Below the pieces are notes generated by a model, which worked only from the letters and a program-made list of their open reading frames with translations, was not told the DNA's origin and ran no database searches. From Octopus sinensis (taxonomy: Eukaryota), in the NCBI RefSeq assembly GCF_006345805.1, contig NW_021836127.1, positions 208,012 through 272,011 on the forward strand: 64,000 bases of DNA. The letters run 5' to 3'. Made by a program: the position numbers and the translations under genes. Below are positions 38,568 to 52,402 of this stretch, piece by piece. Position 1 is the first letter of the stretch, and each line of letters begins with the position of its first letter.

Positions 38568-38981
38568 TGGTTATACACCAGGTTAACGAGAAGATTAATT
38601 AGATATTTATTTGATAATTTAAATTTTGAATAACGTAAATCTTTATTAATATATTTAATAATTTAAAAAAACAAGAAAAGAAATAATAATTAACCGGCGT
38701 CCTGGTATTCTCAGTCAAACATAACTTTTGGTTTAAACTTTCAAGCCTGTCATCTCCGGGTGTTTGATTATTCCTAATTTTTTCCAAAATTGATTCAAAT
38801 AATATTTTTATTATAATTGGAAAAAATATTTTTTTATTTGGAAAACCGAATTTAAAAAAATGAATAAAATTATATATCACTTTCATTTGTAACCTGTATT
38901 GTACGTACTGTCCGCGTCTCTCTTATTCAAAAAAATTTCAATTTTTTCCCACCCAAAATTTCAGAAATAAAATATTAACAA
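38568..38981. promoter_or_regulatory. Putative bidirectional promoter region between beta-adaptin and INTS1
   Basis: 414 bp between divergent ATGs; inferred from gene geometry only. Confidence 0.55.
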
Positions 38982-41900
38982 ATGACAGACCGTAAAGTTT
39001 ATAATAAAAAAAGATTTACAAAACAAGGTTTTTTGGATAAAAACCATTTTTTACTATTTTTATAGAAATCAAGAAAAACACGGAATTTATAGCACTCGGT
39101 AAATCCCAAATTATTTATAAATAAACAGGAACAAAAATAAACTCAAAAACATCAGAAAAACTTTTCAAATCCTCGGATTTCACTCCACACATAAAACAAA
39201 GCGACAACACCTCAGGATTAAAGAACAAAACTAAAATTGACTTAGATTTAGGCTCAGATTCTTTTGGTGTTTTAAATTTTATTATTTTTAAGTCAACCCT
39301 TCCGACCTTATGAAGGAAGCCGACGCGCCTCGTCCGAACACGCGAAAAAGATTGCAATTTTGTGTGGAAAAGCAATTCTTTTCCGATCAGATTTGAATTT
39401 CTTTTTCCCTCTGATTTTTATTGCAAAAAAATATTCCGACATTTTCTTGGATGAAGAAATATTGAATGTTTGTTTTTTGAGTTCATTTTTAATTTAGTTA
39501 CTTAAAGATTTGATAAAAAGAGGCGGGAAAAATAGCGAATTGGAAACAATTTGTTCTCTAAATGTGATTTTCTGGAGTTTAAATAACGTCCAGGAATGGC
39601 CTGTTTTTCTTATGGAGGTTTATTTTTTTTATAATTATAAATGTAGTATTTTCTAGACGATTTTTTATCTGATGATCGCTGGTGTGAGTTGAAACAATGT
39701 CAGGGACTGGTCTCTAATCTAATTTCCTCATTCGAACCTATCCACCACGCTTTTCAACTCCCAAACCTCATAGCTTATCGTCCCTGTATTGTCTAGTAAA
39801 ACCAATTTCCTAGTATCTATCCAAAGTACTCTCATTTCATCATTTAATATTTTCCTCGAATCTATGGTCCCTTTTGACAGATATTTAACCACACGGAAAC
39901 AAGTCGGGGACTTTGTAGTCAGTGCCCTAAGCAGAAATACAAGAGAGACTACCCCAGCTATGGTAAAATTGGTTGGACTGACGGCTTGTTATGATTCTGT
40001 CAAACACTTTTTGTCAGCTTGTTTGGAGCAATGGATTCAGTCCACTAAGGCATTGACAGTTTTGTTTACTCTTAGCTTGTCCCTTTAATATTTGAGGCAT
40101 TTGATGCGTGTTGTATGGCAAAGTGGGAGAATGTCGATTGTGATTATTTTCGCGAGTTTATTAAAAATGTCATAAAAATTCGTTTCAAATCAAATCAGCT
40201 GACTTTGGTTGAATCGTCTTTTAAGTTATTGTTTGTACTAAAAATATTTTAGAAAATTATTGGCCGTAAATGGCGATTATTTTGGCCAAATGACGAATTT
40301 TATTATTAAATGTGAGGCCAAATCGTTCAGAACTTGCGGAGGGCATTTGATTGGTCACTGCTTGTTTGTGAATAGAGAAATATCAACTGATGTATATTTT
40401 GTAATTTACGATTTTAGTGTCTTGTTGATTTTTTTGTGAATTATTTGTTCGATAACTCTCAAATTGCTCTTATCAATTTGATTCGAGATTTCCTCAAGCT
40501 GCCGCTTTTCAGTGATAACTTTACTTTGCTTTATTCGAAATTGTTGCTCAGATCGAATGGTCCTGGTTGCATATCGACTTTCTCTTATCATTCATTTGAG
40601 GAATACTGCGACATGATTGTTGAAATAGGGTGCTGTGCGATGAATGTATTTAGCTCATCCACAAACCTTAAAAGTATTGACTTTTTTATTATTTTTATTA
40701 AATTGATTAAATATACTAATTTCAGAATATGGGAAATACATTAATACAGTCCGTCAAAGTGTCCTTGAGTGGCTAAAAAATATTTCCCTGTCCATTCCTG
40801 ATTTGTGTAAATCACGATTTGAGACATGGTTGGTATTTTAGCCTCAATTTAAAGGATTAAGCGAATTTTCTGCTATGAAGAAATTTGTCGTTACAACTTT
40901 TTTACGGACAATTTAAATATAGATTCAAATGGTTATTTATTGATTTACTTAACTATTTTAGGTCGATTGGAAATTTGTTTAGTTTCCTCGAATTTGTTAG
41001 AAAATTTATTGCTAATTGCCAATAATCCAGTCAAATTGATTAGTCCCAACGTTGTTCAAAATATTATATTATATTGGCTTATTTTTGCTGAGACTAGCCG
41101 GTTTAAGTATTTAAATATTTTATTTAGTTCAAACCAAGACTTACTAATGTTGAATATGTATTGGAACTTGTTTTTGACCTTTCATTATATAATCCTCCAA
41201 TGTAGAATGTTTATTTGTATATATAAGGGAGACTATCCAAGACCTGGAGCGTAGATTTGCTGTCTCTGATCTGTATTGGAGTAGTTGGATGATTGCAATG
41301 ATTTTGGTAATTTTCTATGCTAAGGATCCGGCCAAATTGATGGCAAAGTTCCCCACATTGAGTTCTCTAGTCGAGTTGGTCATATCAGAGTTTTGAATTC
41401 CTAAAATTAATATTTTAGTGATTCCTCGGCAATATTTCCTCTCGAATCTCAGGTTTTATTATTTCAAAATTATTTCTCAGATTCGAGAGCAGGAAATTGT
41501 GGATATACTTAATTTAGAGAACAAACTTGCAGGAGAGACAATTAACGACCAAAACAGCCACCTCAAAGATTATTTAACTTACTTCAATGTCTAGTATCCA
41601 AGCCTATAAAATGATATTTTAGTGGACCAGCGAGACTACCTTCGTTGAAATTTCGTGCTTTGCTTGATAAAGTTAGAAAGTTGTTAAAACTCGATCATTA
41701 TATAATCGAAATGAACAACCATTCGTTATTTGTTGAGATTATAAATAAAACAGAAGTAATTTTAACAAATATATTGTAGAATCTATCCCGATGTAATGCA
41801 ATGGTAGACAGTGCCATCAAAATTGATTGTGAGATCACACAAATCCTGGATTGTTCATTTCTCATATCATATCTCGTTTTCAAAGTAACACGTGACTGCA

Positions 41901-44900
41901 AGGATTTTGTATTTTTGTATAAATAATGAATTAGAGTCTCCCTCAGTGTTATTTGCCATTGCTCGTGAATTTAAATGCTCGATGCTGCTGTGATTCGTCG
42001 TCGGTCATTCACCATCTTTTTGAATTGTTTACTTTTTTGAGTCTCCCCGACGAAAGTGATAGATTTCATTCGATTTTGGTATTTTGGGCATATTTGACTT
42101 GAGGTACTCGATTTGATATTTGCTGGTGACGTGACGGCAGAACACGGAAGTTTTATTTCACAGCTCGAACTGAAATCGTTTTTCGTGGAATGTAAACCAA
42201 TGATTGTGCGATACATATTTAAGGTTAAAAAATTCACTAAATAAAAATATTAGGCAATTTATTCTGAGACGAATAAACTAATGCTAATGAAATATTTGTT
42301 CTTTTTGTCGAATCATATATCCATCGTTGGAACTGAAATAAATGTTTTGTACATTTCATTATTTTAGTCCCTTACTGATTGGATTATCTCCCATCATATT
42401 GTTTTTGACCAACCTCATCATCATTTAACCAATGAAGTAATCCTCAATCTGGAGAAGGTATATCTCAGGGCGTACCAAGTCATCAAAAACAATGTTAGTT
42501 TATTTTCATTTGTTAATTATATTTTCATATGGTGTATTTTTTTAGAGAGAGAATGGAAATTCCGATTTTCTAGCTGTTTTTGTTTTTTTGGCTTGTTTAA
42601 AGAATTCTGATGGAGAATTAAGTGATTGTTTACAAGATGCGTGTTTTTCTGAACTAATTTTTTCCCAGTGGTTGGCTATAAAAGTCTTTTTTTCTCACTT
42701 AAAAATACTTTATTTTACAGGTTTTAATAGTTTTTAATTTAATTATTTAATAGTACTTAAATCAATGGATGATGAGACGTGCATAAGACTTCTTTGTTGC
42801 AATTTACTCCCAGATTATAAAATTAAATTATTACTACAAAAATTGGAGCAGAATCGTCAAATAGAAGTGCATAACGTCCCAATAATTTCACAAATTGTAC
42901 AAAATTGGCAAAATAGAAATAATTCTAAGCTTGGAAGTCAATTTATTAACATTTCTACATTCAAAAATAGTTGTTTATCGAGTAATACTTATCAAGTTAG
43001 TATTATAGCTAATAAAGACGACACCCACATGGAAATGGAGTCACATAATGAAAACAAATTAATTTCTGTATTTTATATAAAAAATATTATTTTCAGATAA
43101 TAAATAATTCGTTTAATTATCATTCAAAGTCAGATTTTATTAGTTGTATTACTGTATATTTTTGATTATGATTAATTTTAGGACGAGTCAAGAGGGGCTT
43201 ATGTGCTTAAGGATATATTGGAGGTTTACCACCTTATTAAAAAATCTATTTTAGGCGGTTAATGAACTTGGAATAAAATTATTTGAATTTATCGAGAACC
43301 TTGATAACATTGCTGGCATTAAAGTGTCAACATTGTGTGTAGATGTACTATTTAATTATATTGTAAGTATATATTGAGTCGTTTACTAATTTAATAGTAT
43401 GAAGAATATTGGGCGGAATTGGTTTCCGAGTTGCTTATGAATTCCGAAACCAATTCGAATTTGTCATTAAAAATAAGAACTAAGCTAATCAAGTATCGAC
43501 TTGACCCTGAATCCTTTCTTTCTAACGGAGAAATATTTGGTTTGTTGATTAAATAATATTATTTTGACGACGAAGTGGTTGATGTACAGCTGTGTAAAAT
43601 GGAATGCGAGGAGAACGTAAATTCATTGAGTTTAGAAAGGATATGGAACGAGGGCATTCCTTTAGAAGAGCAGAAATGGAAATTCAACCAACTTCTATCA
43701 ACAGAGAAATTGGAGGATTTGATTGAATTCGCAGCCAAAATTGTTTTCCGTCAAAAAGAATTATCACATAAATATTTAATCGGTTTTATACAAACAATAT
43801 TTGAACGAGCACAGGTTTTTGTGTAATGTTTATATTACTAAGAGTGCTAAAATTGAGTGGAGTTTGTGTAAACGAATTCGTCTCGACTATTTGTTGTGGC
43901 ATTTTATTCGTGCATGTGAGGAAGCTTGTAGTCCTGATTTAATAAACGCACATTTCACGTTATTATATATCATTGCAGAATATGATGTGGAGTCACTCAA
44001 ACTTTGTATATCACAAACTGATAAGTATTGTTTAATTACATAATAACTTAGTCCGGGTATCAAAAATAGTCTTTATTCTCTTGCATATATTCGAGCACCT
44101 TCTAAATTCCCGCCAAAGTTGTATTCTCAGTCAAATATAAAAGTATTTTGATTTTTATTTTGCTAGACTGCTGATTTGTTTATTCGAAGGCTTTTGGTTT
44201 TGCTTTCCAAACCCGAGACTGGACTAAGAGCCAAAAATCGAATGCAAAAAGCTTCTCTTTTGTGCAGAAAAATAATCAAATCTTACCCTCAGTTGTTCTT
44301 AAGGTGAGATTTGTGTTCTATTCTGTAAAGATACTTGCCTTTGTTGGGATCTCTGATTTGTGGCCGGGGTAATTTTACATTCAACGAACTCACATCAAAG
44401 CATATTTATCATTTTTTTGCACATGTCGTCGGCTTATTGGACTATTCGTTGACATTACCTCTGAATGTTAACCCAGAGGCTGTCTGCCGGATATTCGATG
44501 CTTTTATTATGCTAATTAAAGTATGTTTTAATTTCTATGAATATTTATTAACATTTTTTTAAATGTTAATAAATGCAAATATATTTTTATTATAATAAAA
44601 AATATGTTTAGACTCAATTGGAGACTAAAAATCCACAAGGAATAAACGGAATCAAATCAATCGTAGTTAAATTTGTTTATTTGGTAAAGCGACTGCTCTA
44701 CATGCATCCTCGTGAGACAATTACGACTGCAAAGTTGGCTCTTCCATGCCTCAAGTTGATGTGCTATAAAGTAATTAAATATTTAGAGAATATATTAACT
44801 CTATTTGTCATCCGGGGAGTCTTCTTTCTGAAGTGAATGCTCTTGAAGTGGCTATATCCATTGATACACGTGGTTCAAATTATTTGAATATTTTTTCTCG

Positions 44901-45406
44901 CCGGCTGACATTAAAGAAAGACTTGATTCCTAATTTTAGTTTTGATTTAAGGAAATCATATAGAGGTATATTTAAACTACTATTTTTTAGATTTTTATGG
45001 CAGTTTGCAAGAATTAGACAATATTTCTAAACGTAGGGTTGACGTCCTTTCCGATTTGCAGGTTTTTGTTTTTTGGATAAAATTTAGCCCGAATTGGTGC
45101 AATTTTGTAGAAATTCTACAAAACAAGTTCAAAAATTAAGTTCTCGGTTACTTTCTCGTCAGTTGATGACAAATCCGAGTGAAAGACTTGGAAGAGAGTA
45201 CATAGGTCAACGACTTGATCAAATGGTCAATGAAAGTGCTAGTTTTGCTGAGATAATGGTTGTTTGTGGAGGTTTTATGGTTCTTTCATAAATTGATAGA
45301 GTCGAGTCCAGAATTTGTTACTGCTTTATGTGATTTGGCCATAAGACGGAGTCGGACTATTTCTTTGGGGGACACTATAAGGACGTGTGGGCTCAAATTT
45401 AATTGA
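38982..45406 (+). CDS. INTS1: Integrator complex subunit 1, highly divergent, many micro-introns, copy 1
   Basis: Collinear INTS1-like blocks EFIALG, WPVFLME/YFLDDFLSDDRW, LEQWIQSTK, FAVSDLYWSSW..FPTLSSLVELVI, LPLLGSLICGRGNFTFNELTSKHIYHFFAHVVGLL, RRVDVL; a few homopolymer frameshifts. Confidence 0.85.
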
Positions 45407-45532
45407 CAATGTGTTTTTATTACCAATATAATTGAATTTTTACTTTTACAATTTTAAATTTTGTTTTAACAAAATGTATATTATTGAAGTATTATACTCG
45501 GTCAACTTGTTTCATTCTTTAAATGTATATGC

Positions 45533-46523
45533 CAGGGGTGTTAAACTCATTTCTTCCGCGGGCCGGATTAAAAAAATTTTAGGCTCCGCGGGCCAGACTA
45601 TTTATTTTGGATTTAACAAAATTCGTACTACGATTTTTAATTTATAATTTTAATTTAAAATCATTTGTCACAGTCCGATAAAGAAACACGCCGTTAATGA
45701 AACGCCAACATCAAATTGACAAAAAATCATATCGAAAAAAAGATAAATTAATACAAATCGTCATTGGAAATGATTAATTAGTTATAAATGTGCCCGTCCA
45801 TAGAATGGACACGCCGTTAAATGGACACTAGGTGATTTGAATAGGGTAACAAGCTAAAGTAAAAAAATATATTTATAAAATGATTTTAAATTTTAACATA
45901 ATTTAAAATTAAAATTGAAATAACTTAAATTTTCCATTGAATCCCATAAAATAATTTATAAGTAGACCTTAATAGAAAAAGTAAAATCAATGAATACTGA
46001 ACGCTAATTTGGTTTAGGTTGTGAAGGGGGTAATAATTTGACAGATCTCATTGCTATTTCTCGTTTCAATCTCTAAAATTAAGTCTTCTAATCACAAATG
46101 AACTGTGCAGACAGGCTTGCTCCTTCAGAAGATTCTTGTTTTGACATTTTAATACAATATGAAGCATTTAGAATTTTTTTTCATTATTCTAAAATATCAA
46201 TTATTAATTTTAAAATATTATTTTTATTTATGAAATCGGTTTTAAAGCACATTCTGCTTTGGCATCGATTTTAATTTTTGTAATTGAATATATTTAAACG
46301 CAAATACCGGCTTAGGTATTTGTCAATTTATAAATTTTTTATTGACAAAATCAATTTTTTTTCTAATTTGATGTGTTGCGTTTCATTAACGGCGTGTTTC
46401 ATAAACGGACTGTGACATCATTTAACAACACATTTATTAATTTTTATAATTAAAATATGTTCCAGAAACTTGACATCTTTTTTATCTTTGACATCTTTGA
46501 CATCCGTATCTTTGACACCCCCG
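45533..46523. mobile_element. Non-autonomous hAT (Charlie-like) element
   Basis: CAGGGGTGTTAAAC ... TTTGACACCCCCG termini with exact 8-bp TSD GTATATGC. Confidence 0.9.
45666..46417. mobile_element. Non-autonomous TGT...ACA element (Ginger-like MITE) nested in the hAT element
   Basis: TIR of about 40 bp, TGTCACAGTCCG...AAACACGCCGTTAATGAAACGC, with 5-bp TSD TCATT. Confidence 0.85.
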
Positions 46524-48899
46524 GTATATGCCATTTTTTTATACAACTACTACATTGGACTTATCAATATTGAGATTGTAGTGATCGTAAAATACGACAA
46601 GTTTTAAAGACTTTCGAAGTAGATCTCAAACGTGCAAATAAAAAGAGGTTATGTCTAAACCGAAAGTCTTTGAAAGGGGGATTTGCCTCGGTTTCTTTAA
46701 GAGTGAACTGATGCTCCTCCAGTTCCTGAAAAGTTTACAACGACAGTCGTCAGTATGCTTACGGAAAAAAAATTGGTTTAAAGTTGCGTTTCTTTTGTAT
46801 CAAAGATGCTAAACTTGAGTTAAAATTTTTTGAACTAGTGTATTTGTCTATTTAAATTAGGTTCAGCACAATCTTAATCACTTTGGACCTGACGAATTAC
46901 AGTTTATTAACACTCACTATTTATGGTGCTAGACGTACTGTTTTTACTTTTGTGGTATCTAAATATGTTTATTTTCATGTAAATTACTAGTTTTATTAAT
47001 TTTAGTCAAAACAATTTCTTGCGAATAAACAGTAATAATGTCTATTATTATCCACAAGTGCATCAAAACAGGGGCTTTTAACTTTTTTAAGAGGTTTTTA
47101 ACTTTTTTTACTCGTAATTTTGATTGACCTCCGAAATATTTATTAAAACCCCTTAAAAAATTTTTATATAGGACAGACTATCCAAAATGAAATAGAATTC
47201 TACTAACTATTTAAAATAAATTCACTGTTAACATTCAAATCTACAATAAAAACAATTAAATACTAATATGACCCCATGACTGATGTTTTTGCACAGCAAT
47301 TTGATATTTGACTTATTTGTGTTATTTTTAAACAAATATCTCATCAATGGACACATTGTTTCATTCTTTATTTACAATTCGATGTAGAATGCTAAATCCA
47401 CATTCAACAAAGTATGATGTCGGAAAATAGAGCAGAAATTGTGCTATTTTGTTTCACAATTGTGAATAAGTCTTTTTCACCTTCATATTTTGCCAAAAAA
47501 TAACCGACGTTTATGGATCATTATAGTATAGTTTTAATTCTGCATTGAATTTTAACAGAATTAATTTTTCTTGAATATTTTCTTTTTTTCTCCAGGATTT
47601 GATAGCAAAAGAATTAATCATCCAAGATGGAATTTCTAATTTAAAGAATATTCTAAATTCTAGTATTGAACCTTAAGAATACATTCAACTTAGATTAAGC
47701 TCGGAAATGAGGAAGGAAAACCAATTCTGAAGAAATTCATCATATTGTGATGCACAATGATTTCACAAGTGGGAGCATACTATATTCAAAATCAGATGGG
47801 AGGAATACGTACACAAGTAGCTAAAATAAAAGGCCTAAAAAGTGGCATGTTACGTATTCGAATTTTAAATCTCAAACAAACATGGTTTTATTTTTTGCCA
47901 TTTCTTTTCTGATTAAATTTTTTTCAGTGTTTATAATAATCCAAACAATACTTTTTGGTAGCATTAGCAATTTAGAGATTTCTCAAAAACTTTAACCTCT
48001 TTGGTAGGCCGCTCAACTTGTTTTATGTCCAAAGAATGATCTTTTTTCGTCGACATGATAATTTTAATAATGAGCTAAAAATGAATGTGTATTTTTACTA
48101 ATCAGAATCTATTAATGAATTTTATTGAAATTACGGCTAATCAATCATTTCACAAAAAGAAGCTACACAAAGATAATCATTCATATCTTATTGCAGAAAA
48201 AAATTCAATATTTTTTTGATAGTCCCATCACTTTTTCTACATAAAATTTGACATTTTTCAATTAAATGCAGTTTTTTGTGGTACTTCCAACATTCCTCGG
48301 CTGCCCTCTCAGCCCATCTGGGCCCACCTGGCGAAGAAGGACCAGGAATTTCGTGACCTAGCAAACAGGTTTTGACACTATAATCGCACATCGTCTTCTT
48401 CTTCATAAAATGCAGCATACACATGCCGAAACGGCTATACACGCTCCGCTGCCTGCTATTCCCATCTTGACATACTATCTTCCATGGAAAACGCCCTGAA
48501 ATCTTCGACGGAGGCAGTTCTGAACATCCCCACTTTTCCTCAGTATCCAGAAGCCGTCAGCTAGTCCAACAGGCTCGTTATACGTTATATACCTTGTTGG
48601 TTGGGAATCCTACGAGTGATAAAAACAAATAAATGGTACTTGAATATAATTGCAGAATTTCTCGCCTCCAAGTATGGAATTCTCGACACGGAGAATATGG
48701 ATGTTGAGCATATCAAAGATGCTCAAAGAAATTAACGAATTTTCTCGATTATAACACGCAAATTTTTGTTATATAAATAATTCCAATATATGGGATGAGT
48801 GTTATAATCAATAACTAAAAAAATTTCAAATTTTAGAAAATACCATTGTCAAACTCACTTTGACGCACTGACATTGTGCAGTTTCCAATTCAACTAATC

Positions 48900-48995
48900 G
48901 AACTTAATTCAAAAATTCTATTTTTGTTTTTTTAATATTTATTTAGAAAAAATATTGTTTCGATATTATTACATTATTTTTCTTTGAATACAGCT
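48900..48995 (+). pseudogene. Fragment paralogous to the TBC1D24-like gene (intron plus flanking exon parts)
   Basis: TTATTTAGAAAAAATATTGTTTCGATATTATTACATTATTTT closely matches 29986-30026 (IVSILLHYF). Confidence 0.7.
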
Positions 48996-49239
48996 CGCTG
49001 ATTAGCTGACCAGCATAAAAACACCATGAACTTACCATCAGTAGTGAAAAACAAAAGCGGCTATATTGTATTGCCTTCCAACTCGTTGATTAGCTGATTT
49101 TCAGGGCCTTTACATCATCTCATAAAGCAGATCGAAAATTGGCCATCTCTAGCCTCGTACTCGTCTCAGCTCACAGTTCGGTATGGACATTCTACAAGCA
49201 ACATAGCATCAAATTTGATAACAGCTTTAATTTTGATTC

Positions 49240-49605
49240 ACCCTCAGCCCTGTCGATGCGGTGGTACGGTGGACGTGAAAGGCCTTCACCCCCTCTCCTG
49301 CCGCCGACCGCAGGCCGCTTGCCTCGCCATTGAGCAATCAACGACGTAATCTCAAGAGCACTCAATGCTGCTGACTTCCCCAATGTACTAGAACCCTCCG
49401 GACTGGACAGAGGGGACGGAAAACGCCAGGATGGGATGACTACCTTCCCATTCCGGAATGGCAATTGCTTCATCTGGGATTCCACGTTTGCAGATACGTG
49501 GTCATCATCTGCTTTATTATCATCTGCATCTTCTTCCGGTTCGACCACTGCCTCCGCGGAAGCCCGCAATGTCAAAAAGTACAAGAATCTTGCCACTCGG
49601 CATTC
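49240..49605 (+). mobile_element. CRE-like RLE fragment
   Basis: HPLSCRR, LEPSGLDRGDGKRQDGMTTFPF, WDST, KKYKNL. Confidence 0.9.
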
Positions 49606-50114
49606 CTTGGGGCTTTTACATCATCTCATAAAGCAGATCGAACATCGAAAGCCGAGACTGGCCACCTCTAGCCTCGTAATCGTCTCAGCTCACACTCTCT
49701 CAGTTCAGTATGGACATTCTACAAGCGACATGGCATTAAAACGGAAAAGTTATACCGATGCGTTCAAAAGAAAAGTCATCAAAGTGACAGAGGAATTGGG
49801 CAACAGAGAAATCTTAAAAATCGATATTATTGAAGCTAACATCAGTGGTTGGAGGAAGAAGAAAGACTGATTATTGAAAGGAAAAGCAACAGTAAAAGCA
49901 TCAGGACTTGGAAAAAAAGGGAAATTTTAGGTGAACACTATATTCGACTACTGCGTTTTTAATTATTTTCGTGTTATTTTTTGCGCGTGTTAAAATTGAT
50001 AAATACGGTATTGGCTTATTAACATTAATTGTTAAGTGCTATACTCGATGTTTTTTAAATGTATGAAAAAACGCAATGGTCATCTAGCCACGTCCTCAAA
50101 ATGGTTATCTAAGG

Positions 50115-51741
50115 CAGTGGTTCCCAACCTTAAGGTGCTCGCGGAACCCTTTTGGGCTAATTAATTTTTTGCGGAACCCCTCCAATTCAATTATTATAAT
50201 TTCACTTAAAACATAATAGTAATAACCAAAAACAATTTTAATGTGAACATCGAGGTAATTTTTTATCATAGCATAGTTGTGTAACGTTAGGAGTTATTGT
50301 TGACAACTGTATCCTCATATCAGCGGAAGCATTAAGTTTATTTCTATATTTTGTTTTGGTGGATGTATATATTGAAAACCCAGACTCGCATAAGTAAGTC
50401 GTTGGAAAAGGTAATAGTTTACGTATAGCCTTTTCTGAGATATCTGGATATTTTGAAATGTATCCCCTCCAAAAATTAAAAAGGGATTCATTTTTATATA
50501 ACTGATATGACGCTGATTCTGATGTCAAATCAATAAGATGTTCATATTCAATTGATGTTAGATTTGCTGGTATTACTTTAACTTTGAATGGGTTTTGAAC
50601 CCAATCTTCATTAAATTTACCCGGAAAATATTTCGCAATGTTATCGTCCAAAATCATCAAATGATCTTTGATGTCCTGAAGAACTGTATTGTCCAATGAT
50701 GATTTTGATTCTTCGAGATACTCTTGTAAAACGGCAAAGCATGCAATATTATTATCTACAGATGATCGCCAAAATTCGATTTTCCGTTTTAAGGCCATTA
50801 CTTTTTCATTCAAAATAAAAACTTTCTGATATTTTCCTTGTAATGATAATGTAAATTTATTCAGTTTTTCATAAATTGAAACCAAATATGCAAGTCTTTG
50901 TAACCAAATATTGCAGGAACAAGAGATGTGTTAGGCATTATATGATGGCATATTACACATTCTGCCGTATGTGGTAAATCAGATCCATTCTGAGAAAACC
51001 AATATGAGAGGTAGCTTTCATCATATTTCTTTTCTAAAATTATAATAATAAAAAAACCTTGGTAATCTCCAAGTTTCGACAAAGTGTAAATCTTGACATA
51101 TAAGCAATAGATTTTAATTATTTTTTCCTTTTTATTAATTTAAATTAATTTTAATGGGATTGTCTATCGGATTGTCTGGATTTTATATTTTTTTTAAAAA
51201 TAAAAATTAAGCCAAAAAATCGTATTTGTAAACTATTGGGAGCAGAAATTGCAGCCGCATCAACAATAGACAATTCTATTTAAAATTAGTCAATGTTGGC
51301 CATTGCATTCTACGTTTTTGAGGTATTTTTTTTAATTATATGAGAAGTTTGGCGAGAAACAACGGTTAAGAAGGTAGGTGGTTGGTACATTTGTTAGTTT
51401 ATTGACGATGTGTGTTTTCTTTAATTTATTAATATTAATTATTTATTTCTAACAAGGAATTATTTTAATAAAATTTTAAATAATTTGTTCTCTTGTGGTT
51501 TTTACTTGGTCGAAACTTGGAGATTACCAAAACCTTTTTTGAATATTTTTTGGAATCTCTTATGCAATTATTGTTTCTCATTAAAAATCTTATAAAATTG
51601 ACCAACTAACTCAAAAGAGAAACAAGATATAAGCGTGGATGTTTAATATATTTTAATAATTAAAAACTATTATTAAATAAATATAATAAATTTCGCGGAA
51701 CCCCTAAACTGGCTCCGCGGACCCCAGGTTGGGAACTACTG
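50115..51741 (-). mobile_element. Internally deleted hAT (Charlie/Buster) transposon
   Basis: TIRs CAGTGGTTCCCAACCT / AGGTTGGGAACTACTG; ORF 50238-50885 with LLPFPTTYLCESGFS and KTKYRNKL; BED-finger start KYDESYL..CVIC. The flanking 8-mers are not identical. Confidence 0.9.
51061..51528. mobile_element. Merlin-like MITE nested in the hAT element
   Basis: Perfect 20-bp TIR GGTAATCTCCAAGTTTCGAC and 8-bp TSD AAAACCTT. Confidence 0.85.
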
Positions 51742-51840
51742 CTATAGAGAAATAGAATGAGTCATCCATTAAGGTCCGTAGGCGTGACAATCGGATCGAG
51801 CAGATGAATCATTTACTACGGTAATTTTTTTGAACCCATA

Positions 51841-52402
51841 ATGTCTTTAACAATTGAAGAACAAATAGAAATTATTTTGCTTTGTGGAAAGATTGGTACG
51901 TCTAATCGATCTGTTGTGGAATCCTTAAACTCAAGCCATAAAAGTGTAGACATAAGCTATGCAACAGTCGGTTGTTTACTCACAAAATTCAAAGAAACGG
52001 GCAATGTTCACGACGAGGAGAGAAGTGTGCGCCCTACAGTGCCTATTGAAACTCGTAAAATAGTCGTTAATAAAGTCATACAAAGTCCAAATAAATCAGT
52101 TTGTTAATTTCCTTGAGAGAAACTATTGAATGGGCCTCTCGATCGCCTGATCTTAACCCAATGGATTATTATTTTGGGGACATCTAAAACAGTTAGTGTA
52201 CGCAGTGAGAATAGAGAACATCGATCATTTGTGAAGCAGAATTCGTGATGTCCCACCTGAAAATCAATGGTTATCAACAACTACTAAATAGTGTTTACGA
52301 TAACTTTCATTATCGAATCTACTTAAATAAAAATAAGTTGATAATCTAGTATAAAAAAATTGTAGGTTTTACTTTGGTGCAAGACTTTATGCCCACCCTG
52401 TA
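51841..52402 (+). mobile_element. Internally deleted Tc1/mariner transposon
   Basis: LLTKFKETGNV, EWASRSPDLNPMDY; right end CACCCTG-TA. Confidence 0.85.

Larger units (their letters stand above)
34303..45205 (+). repeat. Segmental direct duplication, copy 1
   Basis: Near-identical to 53128-64000 along its full length. Confidence 0.97.
48735..50010 (+). mobile_element. Composite pogo-like element with Brinker-type DNA-binding N-terminus
   Basis: Degenerate TIRs (CGAATTTTCTCGATTATAACACGCA / CGTGTTAAAATTGATAAATACGG-TA); MALKRKSYTDAFKRKVI..ANISGWRKK. Confidence 0.6.

Noticed and set aside
35910-42237. Antisense ORFs overlapping beta-adaptin and INTS1 (e.g. 37661-37969, 41971-42237)
   Set aside because: They are shadow frames of real exons with no recognisable motifs.
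46530-48060. Probable Tc1-like and hAT remnants
   Set aside because: Too degraded to define motifs or boundaries reliably.
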